The notes: generated by a model from the sequence alone, not told the origin. A DNA stretch of 64,000 bases from Carcharhinus amblyrhynchos (GCA_965287045.1 OZ336879.1:32054001-32118000); one strand, 5' to 3'. Positions 23,850 through 35,927 are shown, counted from the first letter of the stretch. A program made the numbers and translations.

Positions 23850-26330
23850 TATAAATTAATCGGCCTATTCTCTATTTAATTAGTGAGCTCAGGACACAAT
23901 AGTCCGGGCTATTGGAAGTCCACACTGGCGAGGATTACAGATGATCCCCACCAGTGGGGACCAAATGTGATGACCTTGCCAGTGGGACCAGAGGCCATTG
24001 AAGTCCCCCTGATGGTCAGGGCAGGGACTAGCACTGCCACCATGGAACCCTGGAAATACTCACTGGGCAACCTGGCACTGCCTGGTGGGTAGGGCCTGAG
24101 GGGGCAGGACCTGAAGGGAGGGGGCTAAACAGATGAGGGTGGGGATGGGGAGGAGGAGGTCCGTAGGAGGCAGAGAAAGAAGGAACTCTGCATCAGGGAA
24201 TGGGGATGATGAACAGGAGGCACAGGTGAGAGATAAGGGATATCCAGTTGAGGGATGGCCATGTCTGTGGGGGGTGGACAGGAGATCTCCCGGTACACTG
24301 GAGCTTGAGTGCACTGGTGCCCTGATCAGTCTGCACATGCATAATAGCATACCTACAGTAGCTGGCTTTCCAGTGTGAATACACTCCATCTACTCTCTGT
24401 GTACGAGAATCACACTTTGCCGTGCTATACGATCATATCTGGGAGCTCGCCCAAAAATAGGCATGATTTTCTCCCATTTCCATGCTCGTCCAGCACTTAA
24501 GAATTTTTTTGGGAAGATCGTACATAGTGTTTGTCCATCGTTCATTGTGATGCTCTTGTGGCTGCTCTGATGCCATGCCTAGGTTGTTAGGCAAGACAAG
24601 TGGAAAGGGAAGGGAGGTGGAAGGCATGCACTTGACTGGAGGTAAGGGTTGACAGACCTGCATGGCTGTGGGAGTGACGGTGGGAGGTGACTGGAGTCTG
24701 GGAAGGAAGAGGTAGACAGAGTCACATCACTGTGGGGGTGGAGCTGACAATTAAAGGCACAATGTGGAAGTGTGTTAGTGACTGGGGAAATGTGCACCAC
24801 GTAGCTGAGGCAAGAAACTAAAAACAGTCTCTGGGGCAGTGTGCACCATGCAACAGGGCTATACCTGACATGCATGACTTGGTCCCAGTCTAGAGAGGGA
24901 GGAGCGCCTGTCGGTCATGTGCACAGCATGTTGTGCAGGACATAGTCAGTTCCTCACATATGTTGGTATTGGTGTCTCGGTACTGGGTGACAGATAGCTC
25001 TATCACAGTCAGGGAAGGCATCTATGGCTTGTAAATGGGGAACTGTTATCCAGAAGGGAGACATTTAATGATCTCATGGTGTGGTTTCTGATGGGTCACT
25101 TTGCATAGGAACTCCCTGGGGAGGAGTGGGGTTGACATGGGACATGGGGACATCCAAATGGTTCAGTGTGGAGGACAGGGATATACCGGACAGGGGGGAT
25201 TGGTGTGTGGGGAACTCTGCTACCTGTGCTGAGTTGAGGCTGTGCTACAGCTGCAAGCGAGGACTTGGGGATGGAATAGCTGGAAAGAGGGCAGCCCAAA
25301 GGCTTCACAATGCCTCCCTAGCTTGTCAATGGGAGGTGATCATTATAGGTTAAGGTCAATCATGTTTCTCAACTATTTTTACACAGACACAAGTGTAGAG
25401 TACAGGTAGCAGGCAATGCTGCCTTCTTCACAGCTTTCATATAACGGAGGAGAAGGGCCCATTGTCACCAGGCAAGGCAAAGGGAAGAGCTTCATCTTGG
25501 GGAGCATGAGCCAGCAGGCCCCACAAAAACCTGGAAGCCAAGGCAGAGACTCCAATTCCACAAAGATGTTTGATGTGACCTGGAGTGTACCAAAGATGCC
25601 TCACTACTTGTAATTGTTTCTCTTCCTGCACCTAGAGGTGTCCCAAGGTGAGGTTTTTCCTGAAACAGGTGGCTAGCCTGTCGCTTCAGCTTGAGCGGTG
25701 TCACTCCACACAAAGTCTGGTTGACCAGGAGTCTCTCCTGCTCTTACTGCTTGCCATTGGTGAATGTTGGAAGGATTTTGCAGGTTGGTACTCAACCTGT
25801 TTGACCACATCATGAACACACCACCCTTGGCCAAAACCCTGAGCTTCTGGCTCAGAGGCAGTGGTTGGCACTGCTGTCTCAGAATGCCAAGGCCTGAGTT
25901 CAATTCCGGCCTTGGGTAAATATGGAGCTTGTGTGTTCTCCCAGTGTCTGCATGGGTTTCCTCCCACAGTCCAAAAATGTATAGGTTAGGTGGATTAACC
26001 ATGATAATGCCTGGAATAGGGCAAAGGGGAGGGCCTGGGTGTGATGCTCTTTCAGACAGTCAGGACAGATTCGATGGACTGGTTGGTCCCTTTCTGTACT
26101 ATGATTCCATAGCAGGGACATTACCCCCTGCACCACAAGCCTTGGACAGCCTGGAGAATTCTATCCTGGCACTTGCTGCTGAAGTTTGATGCGGAGGTCT
26201 TGCTTAGTCCCAGGGCTATCACTCCTCATGACAAGTCCTGGGCTGCAGAGATTGAATTGTGGCATGGATACTACTTAAATATCAGCAGCCTAGTTGTTAT
26301 AATTAATAAATAATCAATGGTCAATAAAGC
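23850..26330. mobile_element. Probable decayed Harbinger-like DNA transposon body
   Basis: GC-rich block distinct from the intron background, with tggcactgcc/gcactgccc motifs shared with other Harbinger-like relics. No clean protein motif recovered. Confidence 0.3.
25857..26107 (+). mobile_element. HE1-type V-SINE
   Basis: gtggttggcactgctg..gagttcaattccggccttggg..ggtttcctcccacagtccaaa..ctgtactatgattc. Confidence 0.8.
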
Positions 26331-26669
26331 CCATAATATACTGCCCATGCCCTAACACGTTTGGCATGGACAGTGGCTCAGGGGGTGTGTTGGTTATCTT
26401 TTTAAAATATATTTTAAAAGGACACGCTGTAAAGTATTTTGGAAGGTCTGGTGATCATTTTATAAATTAGCTCATTATCTTTTACTTTTTCACCCAATTT
26501 CCCTCTATTCAGCCTTCAGAATGTAGAGTTTATACTACAGGTGAAGAATACAAGCTGCCAGGAAGGCAAATGGATTTCATCCTGCTCTGTTCACAGTACT
26601 CCCAGTTTGTTGAATTTGTACCGCGTCTTCCTGACTCTGTGGACCTTTAGAGATGGCAGGTTAGGAACT

Positions 26670-26895
26670 CATGATGTGGGTATGCCGGCGTTGGACTGGC
26701 GTAAACACAGTAAAAAGTCTGACAACACCAGGTTTTAGTCCAACCGATTTATTTGATAATAGACTTTGCTTTATATGCTCTGTCTGAGGCCAGAACTCTC
26801 CATTCACCTGACGAAGGGACTAACCCGAAAGCTTGTGAGTCTATTATCAAATAAATCGGTTGGACTAAAACCTGGTGTTGTCAGACTTTTTACTG
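26670..26895 (+). mobile_element. Penelope-like mini-insertion (inverted pseudo-LTR ends) with 12-bp TSD
   Basis: Direct repeat AGGTTAGGAACT at 26658-26669 and 26896-26907. Perfect 58-bp inverted repeat at 26708-26765 / 26838-26895. Terminus gatgtgg..atgccggcgttggactgg is shared with other Penelope remnants in the window. Confidence 0.8.
26802..26840 (+). ncRNA. Minimal type I hammerhead ribozyme motif (Penelope-associated)
   Basis: Stem I ATTCAC/GTGAGT; core CTGACGA (26808-26814); an extra A; stem II GGG-ACTAA-CCC; GAAA; palindromic AAGCTT in place of stem III. Predicted cleavage after 26834. Confidence 0.65.
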
Positions 26896-27123
26896 AGGTT
26901 AGGAACTAGACAGAGAATTTCTGCCACCTTTTCTGACAGGTCCTATTTTTCCTGGTGAGGGGAAGAGGCAGGTTGTGTATCACACAGGAGGGAAATCCAA
27001 ACTCAGCAGGACCACTTGAACATAGCTTGTTCAGCATAACATTGCGGAGTTAAAACAGGTCCCATTTGGGACGTTGCAATGTTCTTATCTGCAATGTCAG
27101 AGTCACAAAGAATAAAGAACCGA

Positions 27124-27195
27124 TTCCCTGACCAGGAATCGAACCCGGGCTACGGCGATGAGAGTGCCGAATCCTAACCAGTAGACCATCATGGA
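27124..27195 (-). pseudogene. tRNA-Glu(CTC) pseudogene / degenerate copy
   Basis: Minus strand reads TCCATGATGGTCTACTGGTTAGGATTCGGCACTCTCATCGCCGTAGCCCGGGTTCGATTCCTGGTCAGGGAA. It is colinear over 72 nt with vertebrate tRNA-Glu-CTC but has about 8 substitutions, several in stems or at CpGs. Confidence 0.85.
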
Positions 27196-27678
27196 GCAAA
27201 TCAAAGTGGAGAATGTGTTCATTTAAAACTTCAGCCAGTTTAGATGTAGTGACATCTCTGGAAATTATGTCTTTATTCTATCATTCCAATTGCATAACAG
27301 TAACCTTTTGTCGGTGTGTCCTATTAGCTTCATAGCTGTTTCATCACATTATCCACTTTTAGAATGATGTGTCTACTATTAACTTTACATGCCTTTGTGT
27401 GAGAGTTCTGATAAAAATTTGATTTTACTCATTGTATATTGATGTCTTAGCTGTTTCTGGCATAAACGGAATATCTACTTGTTGCAAATCTTCAGCTGCA
27501 TCCTCTGGTTCTATTTTCCGACCAAACGTTGTCACAGGATCTTTATTCCCTGAGATTAATCTGGGAAGACTGAGGAACATTGAGTATGCAGGATTGTGTG
27601 TTGCCCCATTTTCTTCAGACACATGGAAGCACCGCCACCCAAGTTCTCCTCCAAGAAACAAAACATCCTGACTTTGAA

Positions 27679-27995
27679 CTATAATCAGAATCCCTACAGT
27701 ATAGAAGAAGGCCATTCAGTCCATCAAGTCTGCACCAACCACAATCCCACCCGGCCCTATATTAAACGACATATTTATCCTGCTAATCCCCTTGACACTA
27801 GGATCAATTTAGCATTGCCAATCAACCTAAACCGCACATCTTTGAACTGTGGGAGGAAACCAGATCACTTGGTGAAAACACATGCAGACACAAGCAGGAT
27901 GTGCAACCTCTGCACAGTGACACGAGGTTGGAATTAAGCCCAGATGCTTGGCGCTGTGAGGCAGCTGTGTTACCCATTGTGCCAGCATGCCACCC
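27679..27995 (-). mobile_element. HE1-type V-SINE, full length
   Basis: Reverse complement from the gaatccctacagt tail to the cattgtgccagcatgccaccc head. Confidence 0.85.
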
Positions 27996-29547
27996 TAATA
28001 TTGTTGAGCCTTCACTACTGTTGAATCCAAATCCATGAACTCCCTTCCTAGTAGCTATAATACCTATACTGTAGTCGTTCAAAAAAGTGGCTCCACCATC
28101 ATCTTCTCCAGGGCAGTTAAGAATGGGAAATAAATGCTGGTTTTGTGATGAATTAATAAAAATATGTATGCACAAGGAAATAAAGCAGGTTCAGTTTTTG
28201 GATTGCAAACTTCCCTGCTGTTTCTCTTTTTCTGTGTTCTATCAGATATTCAACAAGTGGGGCGATATGTTCAAAGCACCGAAGGGGCTGGGTCATGTTG
28301 CGGTTGGAGATCACCACCAGAACAGTTTTGAATTTTGAAAGGGGCCATTAGAGGGAAGGAACGGGAAATGTCGTTGAAGCTCCTTAACCTCCTTAAAGAA
28401 CACGCTAAGGGCCTGTTGTTTCAAAATTGGAGTTTTAAATGCTTTTCTGGTGGTTCGAACAGTTTTACGCACATTCGTACATTGCTGTTTTATCCTCCGC
28501 GTGGCCCAGACAAATGGTGTTGTATTTGTTTTTAAATTAACTCTGAGTGTCAAACTTGGGCTTTTCTGCAGCAAACTGAGTATTATTTCTATTGTCATTT
28601 TACTTGTTTACATTATTCTGTTTAAGAAGTGACATCAGTGAGGCACTGCATTACCCTTGCACTCTCAGAATCAGGGAATCCTGAATTGTCAAAACATCCT
28701 GTAGGAAGTTATTACATTCTTTGAGAAATCTTGCTATCATATCCACACTGACAGAGACTTCCTCATCTCAGGAGTTACATTACTTTGCTGATATGAATTT
28801 TGAGACAGAAATACAGCTATAATTTGGAATTTCTTGTACAATTTCTGAACTTGTTGATAAATTAAGAAATATAAGTTTCCTGATACTGTGCGATTTGATC
28901 AGATGAGGAATAAGCCCACGTGTTGGTAACCAGTTTTAACCTAAATAAATTCCAAAGATAAAAACTATTGAGATCTGGAAAATGAAAAGATTTAAATGTG
29001 GAGTAAAAGTATAAGCATACCATAAGAAGAAAAAATATTCTAATGAGAATCCAAGGAATGTTATACTCATTTAATGCTGTGAAAAGTCATTTGATTTTAC
29101 TACTCTTTGACAAGAGTTACTGAATTTCATGAAATTTCAATCTTGCATTTATGTTGGGTAAAAATCCAGTTTCTACATCCCAGGAATAGGTACAAACCAT
29201 CAGGCTGGATTTAACAATGGCAGGAAATCATCTCAAGAAATGCCCGCTCGACTGGCTAGCTGCTCCAACAGTTCCAGCAGTGCCAGATTAATAGTGGGAG
29301 CTGCTGGGACTGCGAAAAGGTACAGGGAAGAAGATCATGGGAACTGGAGACTGATAAGTCCTGGGCCATTAGGGCAGGAAGGAATTGGAAACATAGAAAT
29401 TAGAAAGAGTGGGCCATGTGTTTTTCATTTGTTCACATTACACTGCACCTGCCATGTGTTTGTCCATTCAAGGTCTAAAAGCCTCTTTCCATCCTCTTCA
29501 CACACAGTCCCATCTCGCTTTGTATCATCAGCAAAATTGGAAATATA

Positions 29548-31179
29548 GGGCCCAATTTTACCAAATATTCGCACCCGAATCGTGGTAAATTTGGGCATTG
29601 GGCCTGTAACGCGATCTGCACCTGACACTGGGCAGATCGCGCCTTTACCGGCACCTGATTTGGGCACGGATCAGGTCCCATTACCATGCATTTAAATAGA
29701 CTTAATGAACCACGCGCCCAACTCTACCGCCAAACCCCACTTTACTGTCTTCAGATCCGTTCCGGATCTGCGCTGTTATCAACCTGCAGAATAAAAATCC
29801 GAAATGAATTCCTATTCTGCAGGGGAACCTCCTAAGCCCATCCTTCTTGAAGACCCTTCGCAGACCACCACCCACCCCCAACTCCACAGCCCCCCCCACC
29901 CCCACCACTAACCACCCCAGCAGACCTGCTCATGAACGATCCGAACCCCCTGGAAGACAGACCACCCTCCCACTCCATGATCGGACCCCCCCCCCGCCGG
30001 AGGCAGGACCCCCTCGGCAGAGCACACCCAGCCCATGATCCAACCCCCCCCCAACAACCTTGGAGGCAACCTCCCCCCTCCCCCCGCCCCCCCACCGCTG
30101 CAATCAAACTCCCCTCGGAGGCGGCTCCCCCCCTCCCCCCTTGATCAGAAACCCCCCTCCCGGGAGGCAGCCCACCCCCTCAACCTCGGCAGAGCACACC
30201 CCCAACCTACCTGGATTACTGCTCTCCCATCACCATCCTTCTGACCTGTATTCGATGTGGAAATGCCGGCGTTGGACTGGGGTCAACACAGTCAGACTCC
30301 TTACTGCGCTCGTTGGACAGCCTGCAGCACCTTCCTGGCCTCCTGCTGGCATCTGCCAGAGGACGGGGGTGCGGGCAGTCTCAGATGGATCTCTGGTTGG
30401 GGGGGGTGGAGGGTGATGGAAATTCTCCCAAGTCCATCCTCCTCCCATCCTCCGCACCCCCTCCCCAACCAGAGACCCATCTGAGCCCCACCCCACTCTT
30501 CCGCCAGATGCCGGCGGAAGGCCAGGAGGGTGTTGCAGGCTGTCCAAGGAGTGCAGTCAGAAGTCTCATAACACCACTCCAACAGGACTTTAAACTGGTG
30601 TTGCGAGACTTCTTACTTCTTTACCCCAGCCGGCATCTCCACATCAACGAGTGCAGGTCAGAGGATGGTGGCAGGAGAGCAGCAATCCAGGTGGATTGTG
30701 GGGGTGTGCTCTCCGAGGGGGGCCTGCTTCCCAGGGGGGCCTGATTGCACGGGTGTTGCTGCCGCCAAGAGGGGTCTGACCGTGGGAGGGGGCTGCTTCC
30801 TGGGTGGGTCTGATCGCGGGGTGGGGCGGGGGCGGTGTCTGCTGGAGGGGCCTGTCTCCCGGGGGGGGGGGGGGTGTGATCATGGTGGGGTGGGGGGTGG
30901 TGGGTGCTGCCTCCCAGGGGATCCGATTGGAGCTCATCCCCCGTCACCCCCTCCAACTCTCTCAGTTTTGTCTGGGCGCCGTGTTTCAGGTTACTTTTCG
31001 AACTGCACATGTGCAGTTCAGAGCTCCGATTGTTCCGGCAACACTAAGCCTCGCCCCACAGCACGGACCAGACCAGAGCCGGCAAAAAGTGTATGGGCGC
31101 GCTGGAACAGGGATTCCAGGCACGGATCTATTTTACGTCCGGATCCAACCCTTAGCCTTCGATTGGTAAAATTGGGCCC
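29548..31179. mobile_element. Non-autonomous TIR DNA transposon (PIF/Harbinger-like) with internal GC-rich palindrome
   Basis: TIRs GGGCCCAATTTTACCA / TGGTAAAATTGGGCCC and 3-bp TSD ATA (29545-29547, 31180-31182). Removing it restores the host CR1 RT frame EIKHY-ISNFADDTK. Confidence 0.85.
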
Positions 31180-31637
31180 ATAATGTTTGATTTCCACATC
31201 AAAACCATTGATATATATTGTAAATAAGTGGGACGCATGCACTGATCATATGGTAGCCCTCTAATCACTGCCTGCTACTCCGTAAAAGACCAATTTCATA
31301 AAATTCATAGTCTTCATATTCCGACTCTGTTTCTTGTCTACTGACTGATTCTCAATCCATGCCAATATATTTGCTCAATCCTTTGTGTTTAATTTTGCAC
31401 ACCAAACCCTTATGTGGGACTTTATCAAAAGCTTTCTGAAAATCCAAAGACACCACATCTCTCAGTTCTCCATTATCTAGTTACCCATGATTTCTGTAGC
31501 ATCCTTACTACATGCATGTCTAATTTCCTGTTTAATGTCATCCTCTACCTTACAGTTACTGTTTGGAAGGCTGTAGACAATTCCCATTAATGTTCTCTAC
31601 CCCTTGTTGCTTCTTAGCTCCATCAGACTGATTCTAC

Positions 31638-31749
31638 AGGTGGGATTTTCCGACTGCACTCTTCGTGAAACTGGAAAATCCCGCTGAGGTCATGGTCTGC
31701 CCCTTGCCACTATGACTGCCGTGACAGGCGGAACAGGATAATTGGCCCC
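31638..31749. mobile_element. Short Harbinger-like MITE
   Basis: Imperfect TIRs aggtgggattttcc / ggataattggcccc with 3-bp direct repeat TAC on both sides. A related element lies at ~46962-47076. Confidence 0.55.
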
Positions 31750-32435
31750 TACATCTTGATTTTCTGAACTAATGTGTTTTCTCACTATTGCACTGATTTC
31801 ATCCTTTACTAACACCACCACTCAACCTTCTTTCTCTTTCAGCCTGTCCTTCCTAAATATCAAATGCCCTTGGATATTCAGTTCATTGGTCATCCTGCAG
31901 CCATGTCTCCATAATCTCATTCAAATCATTAAGTTGTCAACTTTACTGCCAATGCTCCACACATTCAGATACAATGCCTTTAGACTTGTCTTTTTAACAT
32001 TTTTACGCATGGGGGAATGAGGAGGTTGGCAGGCCAGGTTTTGGAAAGCAGATAGGAGAAACATAGGGGGATGAGTGGCGTGATGGGGTTACCCTGATGT
32101 GCATAAAGCACCCGCTGATGAATGAATGCTCTCCCCCGCCACTTCAAAAACAGCCTTTGCACTCTGGCACACCTGACACTGCATTTTATGGCTGTGGAGA
32201 GAATCGAGGTCTTTAAATGCCAATTAACTGGGCAGTGAAGGGCCTTAACAGGCTTATGGATGGGATAATTGCAGGACAACTTACCAGTGCCTATACTATT
32301 GGGAGCAGGTCAAGGTGGGTAAAACACCCAACACATTTTACAAGACTGCCCTGCATTGCAGAAGGCGGCCCTGGAAATTGGTAGGATGACATAAACTATT
32401 CACAGAAATGGAGAGATCAAGGAGGACTAGAGATC

Positions 32436-32770
32436 TGGTAGCACAGTGGTTAGCACTACTGCTCCACTACTCCAGGGGCCTGGGTTCGATTCCTGGCTTG
32501 GGTCACTGTCTGTGTGGTGTTTGCACATTCTCCTCCTATTTACATGGGTTTCCTCCGGGTGCTCTTGTTTCCTCTCACAGTCCAAAGATGTGCAGGTTAG
32601 GTTGATTGGCCATGCTAAAAATTACCCTTAGAATCCTGAGATGTGTAGGTTAGAGGGATTAGTGGATAAACGTGCAGGGATATGGAGGTGGGGCCTGGAT
32701 GGGATTGTGATTGGTGCAGACTCAATGTGCCAAGCGGCCTCTTTCTGTGCTGAAGGGTTTCTATGATTCT
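32436..32770 (+). mobile_element. HE1-type V-SINE
   Basis: Closely matches 4601-4940. Confidence 0.9.
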
Positions 32771-33199
32771 AGAGATACTATTATGCTGTACTCCTATTTG
32801 ACACGTAACAGTTATTCCTGTTGTTTTGATGTCATCAGCAATTGAAATGACATAATATGCTCCATGTCAAATTTGAACTGTTTCTCATGCTAGCACGAAT
32901 ACTTCATGGAGTCCTTCATGGATGATGATTCATCAGCTGATCAGGGACCAGACCAAGGGAATTGTCAAATGATTTTATCTTACCAGCGAAATAAAAACGG
33001 AAGTAAATTATAAGCGACAAACTGACTAGACACTAAGATAAACAGATTGGAGGGTATTTTAACCTGATAAGGTAGATAGGTTTGAAAGTGGACAGCAGAT
33101 TAGAGCAGCTGAAATTGCTGGCATGTCAGGAAACTGCCAGGAATCTGCCAACCTCCATTTTTAAACTGACCATGATCTACTGCACATGAGAAACAGAGA

Positions 33200-33875
33200 A
33201 AGAAAGAGTCTGCGAGAAGGCCGGGGCTAACTAAAGAAGTTAACAGAAGTATCAAATTGTAAGAAAAGGTGTACAATGCTGCAAAAATTAGCAGTAGGTG
33301 AGAAAACTGGGAATGTTTTAGAAACCAGCAAAGAATGACTAAAAATAAATAAAGAGGGAGAAACTGGAGTATGAGAAAACACTAGCAAGAAATATAAAAA
33401 TAGGTAGTAAAAACTCATATATTTATATATATATAAAAACAGGAATAGGGGTATTGAGCATTGGTGCCTTAGAAATACTAATAAAGTTGGGAAATATTAA
33501 TACAGAACAAAAAACAAAGAAAAGTACAGCACAGGAACAGGCCCTTCTGCCCCTCCATGCCTGTGCCGATCATGATGCCCTAATTACAACAAAACTTTCT
33601 GCCTTTACTCAGTCTGCATCGCTCTAATTCCTCCCTACTCATGTACCCATCCAGATGCTTCTTACATGTTACTAATGTATCCCCTTCTACCACAGCCTCA
33701 GGAAGTGCATTATTCCAGGCACCCACAACTCCCTGCATGGAAACCTTCCCCCACACGCATCTCCTTTGAACTCCCCCCTCCTCACCTTAAACCTGTGCCC
33801 CCTTGTAATTGACACTTCTACCCTTGGAAAAAGCTTCTAACTGTCCACCGTGTCTGTGCCTCTCATAATTTTGTA
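33200..33875. mobile_element. CR1 fragments (plus ~33200-33480; minus 3' end ~33505-33875)
   Basis: aaactggagtatgagaaaacactagcaagaaatataaaa (KLEYEK.LARNIK) and the reverse tail aacaaagaaaagtacagcacaggaacaggccc. Confidence 0.65.
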
Positions 33876-35283
33876 TGTGATGTGGCTATGTGATATTTAA
33901 TTCTGTCACCAGCAAGACACCTCCCCCCCACATCTCCATTGGCCATAAATTCCGAGACTCAACTTATCTCCATTTTCTCCTCCTCTGTAATTACCAAAGC
34001 AGAGTTGTCTAGAGTCATTAGCTATCACCTTTCCTGCATGGATAGAAAGAAAAAAATCTATGACTGTGAAAAATGGGTTGTTCTGAGAGGCTGGAAGGAT
34101 ATTGTTTATGGATGGTCCGTGTGAAAGATAGGTGTGACAATGCATTGAAGATGAGTGTCAATGGTGAATAGTCAGGTGGGAATGTGAGAAAGAGCCTCGT
34201 CGGAGAGAAATGCATACATACATCTGCAGTTTCTGAGGAGTGATGGGCAGGAGAATGCTTGCCAAAGCAAGTCAGGATAAGATGCATATCAGGATATGGT
34301 TGAATGTGCCAGGCCACTCATCTTTCCTGTCCTGATGAGATCATTGAACATCTGTATCCAGAAACAGAACACTGCTACATGTCTTGACATGTGCTCATTC
34401 TAATTGGTCATGAACCCCAGAAATAGAGCACAAATGCAGTGGTTACATTAAGAGGCTACCAACAGGCTTGTCAAAAGTTCTGGGTTTCTGACACTGCTGG
34501 ACTCCCCGCTAGCGGGTGGATTGGAAAGTTAAGTTAAACCATTGTTTCTGAGATTCTAATTTATTGAATCTTGCCAAAAAAGATATGTATTGAAATTGAA
34601 ATCTATTTGCTGCATAAAAACTTGCTGTGTTGAACATCCTCGAACACAAATATGATTAGTGGAAATAGCAATGCCTGAAATTCATGCTAAAAGCATGTTT
34701 GCCATTATTGTGCTTACCCTTGACATAAAAAACTGGTCAAATTCCAGAGTTAGATGATAATTTCCAATTAAAATCAAACAGTAACCACAGAAGGCTTCTC
34801 AAATGGTGAAAATATTCAATTTTACACTTAGCAAGGAGAAAGCTAACAAGTAATGATAAAATCTTTGAGGCTCAAACTGTTTGATGGAAGCACCGATTAG
34901 AAAATTAGGTGCCAAGGTTAATCCACCAAACTGTGACATTCCTGATTTTCTGGTAATTCATTTTAATGATCAAAGAATCAGGAGTTACAAGCGTGCTGAC
35001 CTTCCTGTCTGATCTTTTCACGATACTATAGTCCCATCGAGACCCTGTCCTGGGAGCAAAATCTTGCAAAATCTAAGCTAAGATTTTCATTAAAAAAGAT
35101 TGATCAAAAGATTGAACAACAATTGAATCAAATTCATTTCTTTAATTAAACAAAAGTCCTGGAGCAAGAGAGATAGCAACCCACAGTCCCAATCATAAAA
35201 ATGATATGAATATATTTAATGCTGCACATTCTGGTCACTTTCCCCAGAACTTTATTTGAAAGGCAATGTTACAAAATGACAAA

Positions 35284-35458
35284 ATAAAAACAGAAAACAC
35301 AGAAAGCAATCGACTAGCCTTGCAGCATCTGTGGAGTAAATATCAAGCTCATTGACCTGAAATATGATCTTTGTTTCTCTCTCCGCAGTTGCTATCGGCC
35401 AGCGGAGCGTTTCTTGCATTGTCAATTTCAGATTTCCTGCAACTGCAGTGTTATGCTC
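35284..35458. mobile_element. Old Penelope-like inverted-terminus remnant (second family)
   Basis: aaaacagaaaa...gcagcatctgtggag followed by gacctgaaa...tttctctctccgcagttgct...atttcagatttcc; a degenerate inverted pair resembling common shark Penelope ends. Confidence 0.5.
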
Positions 35459-35681
35459 TTAGAATTCTGCATAATGTGAAACTGGCTGATTTCATGTGTG
35501 TTGTAATACAATTATTGATATTTAATCCCACAAATTTGTACTGATTGTTGCATTTTAAAGGCTAATTGCCCCAAACAACAGTTCCCAACTAGTGCTGCTG
35601 ATTATTTTGCAGTTCTTGGGATTTGGTCCATGTCTTCAAGGCAGCATTTATTATCCATCCCAAGCTGCCATAACATTTTTT

Positions 35682-35927
35682 AAAGTTTAAAGTTTATTTA
35701 TTATTCACAAGATTTACATTAACACTGCAATTAAGTTACTGTGAAATTCCCCTAGTCGCCATGCTCCAGTGCCTATTCAGGTTAGTGCACCTAACCAGCA
35801 TGTCTTTGGACTGTGGGAGGAAACCCACGCAGACATGGGGAGAATATGCAAACTCCACACAGACAGTGATGCAAACCAGGAATCAAATCCAGGTCCCTTG
35901 TGCTGTGAGGCAGCATTGTTAACCACT
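35682..35927 (-). mobile_element. V-SINE variant
   Basis: Same subfamily as 14043-14296 (aaagtttatttatta..ttactgtgaaattcccctagtcgcc). Confidence 0.8.

Larger units (their letters stand above)
29390..31990 (-). mobile_element. Decayed CR1 LINE (host of two TIR elements)
   Basis: Minus-strand LFTIYINGFDVEIKHY / ISNFADDTK / WTNTWQVQCNVNK and DFQKAFDKVPH motifs; further decayed ORF2 sequence to ~31990. Confidence 0.75.

Noticed and set aside
28246-28535. Plus-strand frame with one internal TGA as a selenoprotein exon
   Set aside because: No recognisable redox motif, homology or SECIS element; retained only as a structural finding.
29702-31183. Numerous Pro/Gly-rich ORFs
   Set aside because: Artefacts of a GC-rich palindromic transposon with few stop codons; no domain motifs.
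34325-34370. CTGATGA motif as another hammerhead (also at 46787 and 47401)
   Set aside because: No correctly spaced stem II followed by GAAA and a cleavage triplet.
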